Counted from the first letter of the stretch, positions 1-63,759 are shown. The stretch: 64,000 bases of DNA from Chrysomallon squamiferum (GCA_012295275.1 CM022671.1:15252001-15316000); one strand, 5' to 3'. A program made the numbers and translations. The notes: generated by a model not told the origin, from the sequence alone.

Positions 1-11
1 ACACTGAATTC

Positions 12-140
12 ATTTCAAGTCTTGAACATGTATAATGATTCTGCATTTAATCAATATGTAAATGTAAATGTGAAGGCTTTGGCTGAAAGTTAAATTAATT
101 TCAACTCCTGAACATGTCTAATGATTCTGCATTTAATCAA
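12..140. repeat. 43-bp imperfect direct repeat (12-54, 98-140)
   Basis: atttcaa.tc.tgaacatgt.taatgattctgcatttaatcaa twice, 3 mismatches. Confidence 0.8.
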
Positions 141-160
141 AACTCATTCGATTGGATTAG

Positions 161-12355
<12,195 letters not shown>

Positions 12356-12885
12356 TGAAGGAGAAAGATAAATTGTTGAAATTTGATGTTGTATGCAGTG
12401 AATGAATATTCTAACCAAAAGAAAAACGTTCTGCTTCGTCATTCGTTTACTAGGATTAGAACAATAAAAACTAATTTCTTTTTGTCATTATACTGAAAAT
12501 AGTTTTCACCTCATTTTTTTTTTTTTCAGTTACATTTATGTATGCATATTTATTACTTCAGCTGAATAACTTTCCTGGCATTTCCCTGTCAACACAAATA
12601 TTTATGATTTTTAATATGCACTGAAAAGTTACTAATTGTTTCACTTTTCACAATGTAAGATAAGTTTGAAATCACTGTGGATTTTAGTTTTTGGTTAACT
12701 ATTTACATTTGATTTTTTTTTAATTATTATCTAAAGAACATTAAAATTACATTCATGGTACAATAACTTAAAAAAAAATAAAAAAACAACAATCATTCCT
12801 GTTGCATAATACAGACAGTAATCTCAATGTTAATAACTATAGGTGCTGGTTTTGTAATGTAACAGAATGTTTACACTAAAATATA

Positions 12886-12926
12886 AATAAACATTCAAGT
12901 TAATTAAGATTTTGGTTTGTTTTCTC
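12886..12926 (+). terminator. Candidate UBA1 polyadenylation signal
   Basis: AATAAA 12886-12891 followed by GT/T-rich tttggtttgttttctc; an alternative AATAAA is at 12463. Confidence 0.45.
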
Positions 12927-13701
12927 AGGTAAAAGAAAAATTTATTCTGAAATTAATATCAGCACATTACAGGCAGTGGAAGTAAGTGGAATTAAATGCA
13001 GATTCTCACTTGAAGAACAGAAGTAGGAAATTATTTGTAATTGCATGAAACCTGGCTTCGTCATATTACTAAAAATTTCTTTATCAGTAAGTTTTTCTCT
13101 CTCATCTGTTGAGGGAAAGATGATGGAGACAACATCCCATAAATATCTTAAATTCATTCAGTTCTGTGAGTGTTGTCCTCCAAATTGATAAAATGTTAAT
13201 AAAAACTATTTTGGTAACATCATTCAAATGGCTTATTTTTTTTATTGTTAATAATTTTGACGCTCCATTTTTGATAGGTTCAGTAAAAATGTCAGCTGAT
13301 CATGAGTGGACCTCCATTTTTTGATGGCTTAAAATTGTAACATTGCTTCTGCAATTCTATTTTTACCATATGTGCATTGATATCTTTCTGCAATAAAACT
13401 TGAAAACAAAATACATTATTTTTTTTTTTTTAATCTGTGAAAGGTGATTGCAGTGGTGCAGTTGTGAGCAAATTTCATTCATTGTGCTAGTCCTGGCAGT
13501 TGTCCTGACTTGTTTATTTTATTCACTGATATATTTTGATTGAATGTAATCATCTTCAGCCGGTTTTGGAAGGTGTAGTTTGTGTTACAAAAACAGCTCA
13601 TTTACTTTGTTCATCTTGCCTTTTCCTTTTAAATATATATTTGAAGAACACCTGAGAAACCGTCCCAGTAACTGCTATGTTATTCAGAGATATTTAATGC
13701 T

Positions 13702-13743
13702 ACAAATAACAACAAGAAATTAATTGTACAAAAATTTTTTATT
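13702..13743 (-). terminator. Candidate distal PMCA polyadenylation signal
   Basis: AATAAA (minus, 13738-13743) followed by U/GU-rich tttcttgttgttatttgt. Confidence 0.35.
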
Positions 13744-15133
13744 ATAACAATACTACAACACACTGCTGCTTGTTTTAACAGGATGGTTTTCCCCGTAAAC
13801 AAATTTGAAAATTGAAATGGGATCGGTGATTAAACTAATCTGCATCTGTGACTGCACTTTCAGCAGGTCCTTTTAAAAAAAACTGATAAAATCATTAACA
13901 GAGAATATATCTACGTGGTTATTATATGTACATATGCAGCAAGACTTCAAAGTTATTCATGCATACTGTAACAGTATCATTTAAAAATAAAAGTAAAAAT
14001 TGAAATAAATAACATTCCCTTACTGCCTCAAAGTGAAAAATTTGAGACAAAATAAATAACCAGATACAAACTGAGGCAGCAAATTTGTTCACTATAGTTA
14101 TAAAACATTGAATGAGAAAAAGGATTCCTATAATTATAACCATCAAAACATTGCACAGACTTGGAAAAAAAAAGTCTCAAAGATCACTATGTAATCGTGA
14201 AGCTATTCTCTCTATGTTTAAAAATACATCATAAAAGACACACATCTACGAGGACATACAAAACTAATTTGTTTCTGGATATTCAGAAGTTTACAAATGG
14301 TTTTATTGTTATTTTTATTTACTCCAGATTTAAAGATAACCTATTATAATGTGTTAATGTAAGTTAAACATGTATGATAACTTTTAAAAATAAACATTTA
14401 ATTTAGCAACAAGATTGTATTTGCTAATGTTTTATGAAGAAAAATCTCATGTTAATTAATTTCAATTTGTGATGAAAATACTGTGCATTTTCTTTAGCTT
14501 GCTTGATTGTGGTTAATGTCAAAGTTAGTAATCACACTGAAATTATACTTAGAATATTGTAACATTTTATCTACATGACAGTCCAGCATCGGGATGTAAA
14601 ACAAACTTTGTAAGAAACATGTTAATACACAACAATTGGTTTTGATTATGTTATGCTTGCACCATTACACTTTAATTATAAAAATGTTCAGTGATCATAA
14701 TCTTGTTTTTTATGCCTTCAATTCATATTCAGGTTATACGTACTGCATTTATAATTTAAATGACAAACTAATTGACTTCTTGAAATTGTTTTTAACATCT
14801 GTGAAATGGGTAACAGGTTTTCCTTGTTTCAAAACTTATTATATTAACAACACATTGTTAATTGAATTTTTTCCCCCTTTTAACTATTTTTAGTCTTTGG
14901 AAAGTAAGTTCATTTTTTTTTTTTTTTAAATAATAAAATAAAAGGTTTTACTGATTATCTGTGTAGGGTACATATTTTGTATGTGACCTTTAAAATAAAA
15001 AAAAAAAGTATTGTTTTAACAGCATTGCTAATTGTTAATATTTAAACTATGGGCTTAAGGAATGTAATAAAGAAATGATGTGGCTTTGTTATGGCTTTGA
15101 ATTTTAATTGATTCTGCTCACTAAATGGAAGAT

Positions 15134-15166
<33 letters not shown>

Positions 15167-15382
15167 AATAAAGCAAAATATTCAGTTGAAAGAAAGTTAA
15201 AACTGTGATCAAATCCTGTAAATTTTTTAATTTAGACATATCCTGGGTTGTATTTAGAAGCACTATATAACAAAGAGAATGAAAATAATTCTTCACTACG
15301 TCTTCCATTTCCTACACAAGTAGTAGTAACACACTGCAATTGAAAGTCTGGTTAGTAAAAGCTGAAACAGTTACTTGTGTTA

Positions 15383-15432
15383 TTAAAGTAGGCTGGGCAA
15401 GCTCTCATCATTTGTTAGTGGAACAAAACTAG
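15383..15432 (-). CDS. ATP2B: Candidate PMCA extra terminal exon (TSFVPLTNDESLPSLL*) fed by an internal C3 donor
   Basis: tctctcttgcag acceptor in phase 1 matches the phase-1 GTGAGA donor at 17242. Confidence 0.35.
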
Positions 15433-16956
15433 CTGCAAGAGAGACCACAATAAGCAACAAGCATATCATGGAATGACCTTGGAAGGAACACAAAGTATTA
15501 TTGGTGAGCTGCACATGCAAGTGAATAGTTCTTCTGTGACAAAATGTATCAACAGCAGAAAATACAATCCTTCCTAATAAATTCATAAACAAAAACACTA
15601 TAACTCGATTTTTCATATGATAAGTGAAAATATTTTTATATGTGCAAAAGCCAGTCTGCATGCCATTTCTAAAGTGGTAGCTATGCCATTTTCACATCAA
15701 TTGGTGTTGATATGTTTGTAATACACATGCATATACATTTCTCTTATCATCTAACACTGCAGTCAGTGTGCTAAATACACTCTCATTTTTATTTATTTAT
15801 TTTATTATATTCAGGTATATATTTGCTAAAATCTACATCAATATCAACAGCTATCTAAAACTGGTCCGCATTCTTGAATTGGTTACATTCCCATAAATCT
15901 GCGTCAGCAAAATAATTTAAAAAGAAGTCACGTATGTATATATAATCTGTTATTTCTTCCTCTACTGTGGCACATTTATAATTGCAAAAATCCTATCTTT
16001 TTGAATCATGTATGATATATGAAGTAAGTGCACTGTGCTCTGAGGTAGCCAATTCATGGTACTTGCGTACCATTCTAATATTTAACTTTCCCCATAGCTG
16101 CAGTCTTTTCATCATGAACAAGATACTTTTGTCAGGAATGCAAATATTAATCATACAAAAATGTTTTCCATATTAATTCTGTAGATCAAAGACAGATTAG
16201 GACAGATTATATTTATTTTATTACTATTTTTACTTATGTATATAAATATTTTCCATATTAATTCTAGAAATTGAAAACTTATTATATATATATATATTCT
16301 TTTCAGTTTAAAACAAAATTACTTAATAATTCTGGCTGAAATGAAATCCTTTTTTGTTTAAAGATGAGCAAATATGTAGAAAAATAATAAATAAAAAAAT
16401 GCAAAAGTCATACAGAAAAAATAACCGACTGAACATAAAATTGAAATGTACAAATATCACTGCTTATAAAATTATTTTTATTTTTAAAATAATCTAAAAA
16501 GTATCTACAGGTGGATTTTGTTATGATCAGTTTATAAATAAGTTGTTTTTTTTGTGTATTTTTTAAATATATCTATATAAAGTAGAAAATAATAAGATTC
16601 AAATAAATAAATAAATGTGTAATAGGTTAACCTTTTAACAATGAACCCAGGAAACTGGATATACAAAAGTCATTCTAAGTGCCACTGCAAAATATCTGTG
16701 AAAGAGTTGATTTTTAACTACAAAACCACCCGTTTAGTTAGTACCACAAATATATTACAACTTGTTCTGCTGAATTTCTTTTAAATGTAATTATACTGGG
16801 CTATATTCTGAAGAAACAAATGCAGTTCATCAACATTCACAGTCTCATGTCAGTGTTTGTGCTTAACAATAATGTTCTTGAATAGGACAACAAATACTCT
16901 TAATAAAAGTCTGCTACCTAAACATTTTCACTATCTGATTTATTCTATTTTTTTTA

Positions 16957-16987
<31 letters not shown>

Positions 16988-17213
16988 TCATGGGAGTAGG
17001 GGGGGGGAAAATCATTCAGCAGCATTTTTATATATTTCTTTTTTAAATCTATAATTATCGAAATAGCCAATGTACATGAGTGAGCATCTATAACAATAAT
17101 AAAGAGGGAAATGTCTAGTTTATAACCAAGTAAGTCATTCAGGTAAAATACAAGAACTGCATGCCATAGCAGGGAGTTAAAAATAGGTTAAATCACAAAA
17201 TGGAAAGTTTAGT

Positions 17214-53731
<36,518 letters not shown>

Positions 53732-56700
53732 TTCCTCAGCTGCTAGACAAAACTAGCATACAAGCTGAAAAAGAAAGAAAATCACTCTTAGAACGACCCG
53801 AAACGCAAAAAAAATAAAATAAAAATTATACATTTCCTGCATACGTCAGTGGCTGTAAATAAAACAACTGACAAAAATGATGTCAAGAGACTAATACAAT
53901 AATTTGATTTTTAACAGGAATTTCACGATAAAAAAAAAACCCCAAAGCTCTCATGATATTCCACCAATGTTTTCAGGTTAAAAAAAGCCTGCAGAATGTC
54001 ACAACTATTTTGAGGAATTGATAGCTTATTTTTACTTGAAACCACTGGTGGAATGTCATGACTGTTTTGAGGAAATGACAGCTAATTTGTAACAGCTTTG
54101 CAAGCTGTATGTAATTAATTATAATCATTTTTTTTTTTTTATTATTATTTAATTTTTTTTTTTTTTAGAAATCAATAAATGCTGTAACATACTGAAATAT
54201 CAATCTTATTTTGTAAATTAAAAAACTGTCAGTAAAATAATTGTGGGAACAGTGGACATAAATAGAGGGAGACAATTTCACACGTGCGAGTTTATAAAAT
54301 TCTGGCATAATGTTTATTTTAAAATATTAATGTTTTTTTCTAATATAAATCATTTGAGGCCAGTGAGTTTATTAAACGTCATTAATGTAGATTCTGTGTG
54401 GGATTTTGAAAAGTCAACAGTTAAAAATTGTTTAATTTTATCAAGTTGAGAAAAGTATGGTTATTTATGGGTAAGATGTTTGTTCCTCTAAAAAGAAAAC
54501 CAAAGGAAATATTAACTGATACTGAATTAAGAACTCTGAATGTCCTTTTCCTGTTCTAGCCTGTGTTTCTCAATAAAGGATACAGTTATGTGCTTTCCTT
54601 TATGCTAATCAATAACCATAGCCTAATAAGAAGATGAAATCTCCTTTACATCATCATTTTTATTATTATATACAAAATAACCTAACATTATTAAAAACAT
54701 TATTAATTTTTTTTTTTTGACTACTTTGAACATTCTTTTATTATTATTATTTTTTTAAATTGAAAAAAAAAAAGAAGAAGAATTTCTTTGCTACCTTTTA
54801 GGAGACAGCTGAAGTATAATTTTACAGATTTCTGAACTGGACAAGTTATGATTTAAAATAAATGTGCAAGTTATATCAGAATAAACAGCTAAGTTATATA
54901 AAAGCAGATAATAATTATTTGTGTTATTTAACTGAACACATTTGTGAAGAAAGGTTGGAAATTCCTGTCAGCATTAAATAATGAAAAATATAATTTTATA
55001 TATCTTTTTCTCACACTATATATATATATATTTATAGCAGCAAATTGTTTTGTTTTACAAGTATCTGTAATACACACTTGGACAACTGAATGTACCACTT
55101 TAGGTATCCCAATGTTAGAAACATTTTGTACATAAATGTAATCAGTACACACACAATTGTGCACTTAAGTTTATTCAACTTAAAATTGTGAATGGTTAAA
55201 ATAAACGGAAGGAATTCCACGCATCACTGACTGACCTTTCTAGTGGTCAGTGAGGATACTGTTGCTGTATGTTTGGCTGCTAGAAAGGCCAGCTGAGTTA
55301 TTCGAGCTAAGGCAAAATTAGTGCAACAATTCCAAGCTGGTTTTTCATGACATGAAAGCCTTTATAAAACTGAATTATTCTAAATTTATATGTTCTATTA
55401 CAACAGTAATTCCATGGTAACACAGTAACAAAATGTACAACCTCTGCTCTATAATTGGATATATAAAAATGTTATTGTGGATAGCTCATTCTATTAGGAG
55501 ATGAACGAAGACTCCAATTTCATTTTTGATGATAGTGAACCGAAACCTGGTAAATGGTATTTGATACTAATGCATTGTGATAGGTCTGGTTTTTGACCCC
55601 AAAATAGTGTTTGCTAAACTATTAATCTGATACAATGAAATATTTGTTATTTCAAATGTCCCACTCAAAAATGGACAAACTTGCCAAGTTATAACTTGGC
55701 TGTTACTCTTCTTACAAATTCCAAAATACCGAACAATAATTGAGTGGAAATAGGCAATCTTTAAAGATACTTTGATTTCATCAAAAACTTAAGTGCGTGC
55801 AAATTTCAAGTTTGTGGCATAGTGAATACTCAAAATATTTTTGCTATTTATATTTTATAAGGAAAGTAATGTAATTCAAAAAAAAAAGGAAAAATTATTT
55901 TACACTCAGCTGTTCAAATTTACTGATCTTTTCTTATTTCTTTTTTGTTTTCCATTTTATACTGAAACAGTTAATGTGACACTGAATATTAGTAGCTAAA
56001 GTAGCACATTATTTATTTACTTAGGGTTTTCCATTTCAAAGAGACAGAAAGAGTTGGTGTTAGCAAATACTCAATTTCTATTATAAAATCCTTTCAGTGA
56101 ACCAGTCAATAATAACCATTACTAAAAAGAAATACAATATCTGATTATTATCCTTTCATCCAGGTTCTATAATTGCATCAGTCCACTTCTGTCCATCTAC
56201 CAGTGAGATACACATGAATGGTGAAATAAAAATATAATGATAACCTACTGTCTTTTTCATACTTTTTCAAGAGTATTCGTTATCACTGAACATACATACA
56301 AATAAATTAAAAAATTTTTAAAAAAAAAAGAAAAAGATTCTGAAATAAAATAATACAGATCAGTTTTAATTAGGAAGCTGATGGTAGGCTGTAAACTAAC
56401 CAAAAAGCTAATTTACAAAAATTTCATGCTGCAATGATAAACAGCTGTAAATTATAGTTTCCTAATCTATGTGGCCTGAACTATGTATATAATGGACATT
56501 TTTATTATCATTGTAAACAAATATTTTTGCAATTTCACACAAAATCAATATGAGAAACATATTCACATACTTCTTCTTTTTTTTCGATTATGTAAATTTT
56601 TCCAATTCTACAGATCTTTTGATATGTAACTATATATACATATATGAATATTCATTGCACATATGTCCAAGATTATCATCGACAGTTTGATTTGTTTTCA

Positions 56701-59700
56701 AACACTCTCAGTTGATATTGGTATAATCAGCAGGTGGCCAGTCGATATAGTGTATGATCCAGCATAACCAGTGCACAAAATTGATTGCCAGTCTCCAATC
56801 AATTAAAGTGGCTGCCATTGGATATTGCCATGACAACTGACTAAGTTAGACTGAAGTAATGAATGTCCAAAGGATGCCAAGTATGGGGGCCTTAATTCAG
56901 TTTCAATAATCTGGAATTAATCTATGTCACTGTTTAATGATAATTTCAATAAAAGCTTGCCTTTCTAAGAAATTTCTTAACAAAGTTTTAAATAATAACT
57001 TTTAAAAAATCACTTATAATCACAAATATCTATGATATATAGATGACAGCTTCTTTTTTTTTTAAATTATTATTAGTATTTTTTTTTTTTTTAAATGAAT
57101 TTTTTAATTAAAACAAGTATCTTTATTTTGTATGCTTGAATATGTGCTGCACATATTTTATGTTTGGTAATACTATGATCAAGCTCATGATTCTTTGCCA
57201 GGGATGCATGAAGCCCAAAGTTTCTTTAAGAAATGTAAAGAAGCATAAATTGTTAATATTATATATTAATGTTATATACTTTTATCTGTTTCTGTAGGCT
57301 GCAGATTCTATGGTAGATCACCAAAAATGTATAGGGTATTCCAGTGTCTGAGTTTATAAAACATCAATGAAAACTTGGATTGAACACTGTATCAGAATAA
57401 TGATGTCATTACAAAATGAATTTGAATATAGCAACTAAGGTATAAATGTTCAGTTAATTTGTGGTGCCAAATCTTAAAAGATTTTGCTTTGCTGATTTTG
57501 CTTTGTCAAGTTCTTCATTGTAAAAACAGAAAGAAAAAAGGGTATGAAATAAAATCCTAATATTACCCACTGCAAATAATATTACTGACACCAAGTTAGT
57601 TATGACATTAATATATAAATTCAAATAACTCTTCATATTTATACAGTGAACCTAAATATGCAGTAGTTCAAATTCAGAAGTAAAGGAAAATGTGACATTG
57701 CTTAAATATTAGTTCAAAAGTTAAAAACTAATAAAAAATAATAATTAACATATTACAATAAGTGAGTTAAAAAATAAATAAATAAAAGTAAAATTAAAAA
57801 TAATATTTCTATGGCAATACAAAAATATTACACTTTTTTCTGATATTACTAGATCTGAATGTACAAGTTACTTATACCAAATTAAATCAAAGCTCAAACA
57901 CAAGAATATATGTTATTGGGTTAATCTGTATCCTTGAATATGTAGAAATGTAAATATAACTCAACAAATAAAAGAAATTAAAAAAAAAAAAAAAAAAAGG
58001 CTGATCCCAATAAAGGGTTAGCACTGAACATTTTTTTTTTTTTTATATATTCTGTGACTTTTCACCAAGTCAACATCAGCTTTTTGAAATAAATGTTTCA
58101 AAATCAAAATTAATGTATTATTTAAAATCTTTAACATTATTACTGGACACTGCAGGACATTTTGCAACATTTGTTATGATTTCTTACAATAAATGATTGA
58201 TAAAAGTTTCGCATAGAAGTAAAAATCAACTGAATATTTGAGAAAGATCATTGGTTATTAGATGTTATATACAGATTCTTACCAAACAGTTCCATAAAAA
58301 CACCCAATATTGATGATTGATTTGCCTAGCTGATACAGAACAATTTAAATAACTAAATTACTATTTTAATAATTTAACAGATTTAATCATATGATACATT
58401 CAGTTAATTCAGTTTTCACATATCAGCAACATTTGATAAAATGAAGAAGAAAAAAGTTTACTGTACATAGCAGCAAGCTGTCACAAGCCTATTACTGAAT
58501 ACTTACTACAGAAAAAAACAACTTTGTAATTATTAACAACACTGAACAAAAACAGCATTTGTAATTTGTTTCTCCTCTTTGATAATAACAACAACAATAA
58601 GACAGAGTAATTTCATCATAACTGAACAACAGCTGTTCATTATTTTTTTAGCCAATTGTTAATTACAGGTCTTATAACTGAACAACGTTTTGACCAATCA
58701 TCTCTACACTCCAGAAACTGCAGCAACTTAATAACAAGAAGCTGTTTCTATAAATAAAATTATATCAGAACTGTATATAAAATGCCAATATCTTACCAAC
58801 AACTATATGATATATCTCCTAATCAATGCAGTTCATAGTAAACAAGCCTGCCTAGGTTATTGTATAGCAGTAACCTTCAAGTCAGATGTTTTCTATACAC
58901 TCACCTGTATTTTTATTAACAAAAATTGATGACTTTTTTAATGTTTCATGGACATGTATAGTAGTTTGCAAAAATAGGTATAATAATGTAAGAAAAACAC
59001 TAGTTTTGCCTGGTTAAATTTTCAAGAATACTGACTTTTCTGAGAATTCCAAATTTCCACGAGCAGTTTCAAAATTTCCTATTCTTTCCCTACAGTGGCA
59101 ATAGAAATCTTTTATTTACTGGTTGCTTTTTTTTCACCCCATTTCACATTAATAGTTTGTAAATTCTATTTTAATCCTGGATTATGAAAATGATTCTATG
59201 CTGAGATAATAAATAATAAAAGTATAATATTTCAATCTAAATAATAGGTTCTCTAGTGAAATATGTTACATAAGTATTAAATGTTGACTTTTGGGCAAGT
59301 ATATTCTTTCAGTTTGGCTTGCAAGTACAAACATGCAATTCCAAATGTGACTAGCAATGTGACTTTTATTGATAATATCTATTACTGTTCAAAATACAAT
59401 TCCCAAAAACTAATACTTCTGCATCAGTTAAGGGGAAAATTTCTAAATTGAAAATGTTGTAAAAACATTTTGTTTATAATTTCTTTCATTTTATCTTGTA
59501 TTCAAAATTTTAAAATATATTAACTGTTGGTTGTATTTTAAAGGATTGGTATATAGCTTCCTGGTAGAAAGATCAAGCTATGCTTGTTACATGCACTGAT
59601 CTACAACTCACAAAACAAAGTCTGAAGTATGTACAATCATGTCTCTAGGATATTTAAGGAAAAAAAAGCTTGATGCTGAATGGAAAAAGAAGCACACAAT

Positions 59701-61596
59701 TTAATGATATATCCAAAACAATAACTGTAAATATTAATAAAGTATGCTGAATGACTCATTAAATATAACATTTCCTTCCTTCTTTATTTTTATTCCTTTT
59801 GTTGTTTTTTCAACAGTGTTAGTAAAAGAAATGTGATTTTTAAATGATCAGATGAAGTCAGTACAAAACTTGGTGGATTATGTATGAAGGAATTGTAGTT
59901 ATTTCTGACTGGCTAAGGTTTGAACAAGAAATAGAATACTATTAGTACTGTTCATAAGCAGCCACTGTTTGTTGTACCAGTTAATAATCCAACATTACAT
60001 AAGCTGAGAGGGAAAAAAACCCAAACATAGCTTTAATGCTTTTACAGAATTCCAGTCAAGCATACAAGAAAAATGTAACAAAAATTACAGGATCCAGCAA
60101 TATCTCTGATTACTTTTATCCATTTTTCTGCTGCAAATCAGGCCAAAACTTTATCTCAATGTTTAATGTATTTATTAAGATGGTTTCATTTCTTTTAACT
60201 ATTATTTTATGGTTATTTCAATCTTATATCACTGCCTTCAAAGCAAAGAATCTCAGTATTTTTGCCTTATGTAAATATTTAATAGACAGAACATTTGATG
60301 AATAAGAACTAATATCTGCTACCATATTAATTAAACAACAACAACCATTACAACAAGCCAACATCAATTGTAACAATTTCCTTAATTTGATAAAATTAGA
60401 TAATATATTTCTTAAGTTAAAAAATAATTATATTGTTACTAGTAAGATGCAATATCTATATTCAGTTTGCATTTACATCCAACATTATGCAAAAAACACT
60501 ATTAAAGAATTTAGCAATAACCAAATTGACTGAAAGTAACATATTCATGTAAATTCCTTAGACTTTCTTATGATAAAATATACTGTTTGGTCATTCAAAT
60601 AATAACATTAATTTTCAAGTTCAAGAAAATTTGTAATCACCACTGGTGATTTATAAAGATTGTTTGAAGATTGATGCTATGAATGACAAACAAATAAAAT
60701 ATTCCTGTTTGTTTAAAGAATGATTTTCACTTTAAAAAACAGAGTTAAAAAACAATTAATAATAATAATAATAATAATAAAAAAAGAGCAGCACATTTTC
60801 TTACACTTGTTTTAGATGACCACAAATGGCAATCAAAGCCAGGTTATTTACACAAAATGGCTACCTTCAAGGATGAGGTGAATTATCAAAAGTTCAAATT
60901 ATGTTCAATTCTCCTAGCTATCATAGAATAGTTCTATGCTGATATGAATACATCATTGAAAAATATCATTTACAAAACTGACAAAATGTGTTTAAAAAAA
61001 CAAACAAAAATAGTTAGACTCCTAAAAATAAAAGGCTAAATAAATACCATGTGCTGGCAACACCCACACACTATTACATACATTTCTACAGCAAACCGTA
61101 AATGATTAACATTTGATTAGACCACTTACCTAAAACAGTCAGTCATGGAAAATATATTAGTTAACTTGTTTGCATGGCAACAGAAACCAATCTCAGTTTT
61201 CAATTGTTTGCTATTTGGTAATCCAGTCCATTTTACCTAGCCATTTTGCTTTCTCCTGCTGCACAGGCAGCCATAGTTACATGAATATATGTGAGATCCA
61301 AGAGTTCCAGATCAAAAAAAATCAATAACATTATTGATTGCATGGCCCCAGTCGTATATATTTGGCATCTCAGCTCAAGCTGCCAGGGACTGGAGCCCAT
61401 CTCTGGTATGACCTTTCTAGACTGCTTTTTGGTTCAAGATTTCAAAGCTAGCAGAAGCAGACAGTGTAAAGTAACCAAACTGTAATACACGTATCTATAA
61501 TAATACAGAACATGCTTAATTTAATAATACATAAATGTATATATAAATACACATGTGAACATGTACATACAACCACCTACCTTGCCACAAATGCAG

Positions 61597-61624
61597 ACAC
61601 ACAAACACACACACACACACACAC

Positions 61625-61667
<43 letters not shown>

Positions 61668-61769
61668 AACATATACATACACAATGTATACCCACACCCA
61701 ATATATACAGATACACAAACACAAAAAATACACACACGTACACACGCACACACACACACACACACACAC
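61597..61769. repeat. (CA)n/(AT)n compound microsatellite
   Basis: Direct reading; source of several spurious ORFs. Confidence 0.9.
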
Positions 61770-62474
61770 TAAAAGCACGGAATATGCATTTTCCTAACAT
61801 GTATTAAGCAGTTACTTTTTTTAGATAAAGTGAAAAGAATGGCAAATAAAAACTGAAAACAAAAAACGAAAATAAAAACTGAAAATAAAAATAAATATAA
61901 AAATAAAAATGATTTTAAAAAATAATACTTAAAAAAATCTCACTCAGTACAAAAATATGCGAATTTAATGTAAATGTATTGATATTTACACAGGCCTTTG
62001 TTCCACATTTCATGAAGATTAAAAACACTCCTTTGGGAGACATCCCTTTCTCTGGTTTATTAACAAACCATTTGTTTTTAAACAGATGCATTAATCTGAA
62101 TAATCCTTGTTCACAAAATAAACATCATAAAAGAAACTTAACATTTTCAATTTCGTATGCAACAGTTCCTGAGAACTCTAAGCAGAGAAAGTAATTGAGT
62201 AATAAAGTTAAACATAAAAACATTATACAAATGTATATTTTTGTATGTGTGTTTATGTATTTTTGTATGCATGCACGCACACACACACGCACAAACACAC
62301 ACTCACACACACACACACACAGCCTTAATACATGTTACTGATTTAATTTCTTGGTTTTCTTTATATATTATTTATTTTTTATGTCTATAATTTATGTGTA
62401 TCTACATATGTTACTATGTATTATGTATGTGTTTTTTGTGTATACATGCACACATACACTCAAACACATATGTA

Positions 62475-62872
62475 CACCGGTTCTATTCAAAGGAGTGAAA
62501 CCTCAGATATAAATTTCAAAGGAGTGACAACCATCCAACTATTCAACAAAGAAGAAAGAAAGAACAAATCCAGAGAGAGGAGAGGCTTGCGAACTGTTGT
62601 CAGGAGACACAGAACCGCCCCTTTTAACAAATACCGTAATGGAATTGTGCACAATTTGCATTTCAGTGATGGAGAACCACAATTGTAAACAAGCTTAAAA
62701 TATATTAACAATTCAGTGGTTCTAGATTTTTAAATAAAATCTTAATAATTTTAATATTTTTAAAAAAAAATTAAAAAAAGATCTTAGTTATTTTTGTCAC
62801 TTCATTGTTATATCACCCTAATAAAATGTCACTCCTTTAATACAATACTTATGTCACTCCTTTGATATAGCC
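62475..62872. mobile_element. Decayed TIR element with paired motifs at each end
   Basis: tcaaaggagtga x2 at left; reverse complement tcactccttt(a/g)a x2 at right. Confidence 0.45.
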
Positions 62873-62962
62873 CACACACATTTAAATTATTAAATTAAGT
62901 ACATTATACTTACTGTATGGGCAGTAATTTCATGCTACGAACACATATGATGTTCCAGTTAG

Positions 62963-63070
62963 AGTAATATTATACTATACCCCCATAAAATACATCATAA
63001 TATATGTTTCAAAACTAGTAATATTGTATTATACCCCCATAAAATACATCATAATATGTGTTTCAAAACT
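62963..63070. repeat. 54-bp tandem duplication
   Basis: agtaatatt.ta.tatacccccataaaatacatcataatat.tgtttcaaaact x2. Confidence 0.85.
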
Positions 63071-63724
63071 ACAAAATGTTACTATTACAAGTAAACTGTT
63101 GAACTTAATGCATCACAATTAAAAAAAATGATCAGGTATTTAGACAAATATTTTATGAATTACTGAAACTTACCTTGACTGAGTAACATGTAACACAATC
63201 TTTCAAAGTAACACAACTAGACAATTCAAACAGTCATAACTAAGTATAACAGGTATTCTGTCATAACAGGCAGTCACAAGAATTAAAGCAGCTACTGTTA
63301 ACAGGACAATTATCTTATTTTTAAAACTAGTACAACAAACACAGATAAAAAAAAAAAAGATAAAAAAGAAAAAAAGGTCTATTAATAATAATGCAGAGTC
63401 AGTTTATGAAGTTAAATTTAAAAAAAATAAAAAAAAATATATCTATATTTTTAGGGTTTGTTTCACACATACCTCTGGTCTAATAAAAGAATGCTGCCTC
63501 AAGTTCATGTAAATGCATGGTTTGAAGATGAAAAGACAGACATGACAAGGCGTTTTTTTTCACCTTATTTTTATTTTTAGATAAGGCATTGTCGTCATCA
63601 GTGGCCGGTTTTAAGTTTCATGAACTATCATTAGTCTTAACACAAAAAGAGGTCAAGAAAATTCATTTCAAGGTCACAGAAGCCAAATAAAACTTGAAAC
63701 CAATACATACCAAAGAAAAAACTT

Positions 63725-63759
<35 letters not shown>

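Noticed and set aside
61512-61800. Overlapping VC/HT/IY-rich ORFs
   Set aside because: Dinucleotide microsatellite artefacts.
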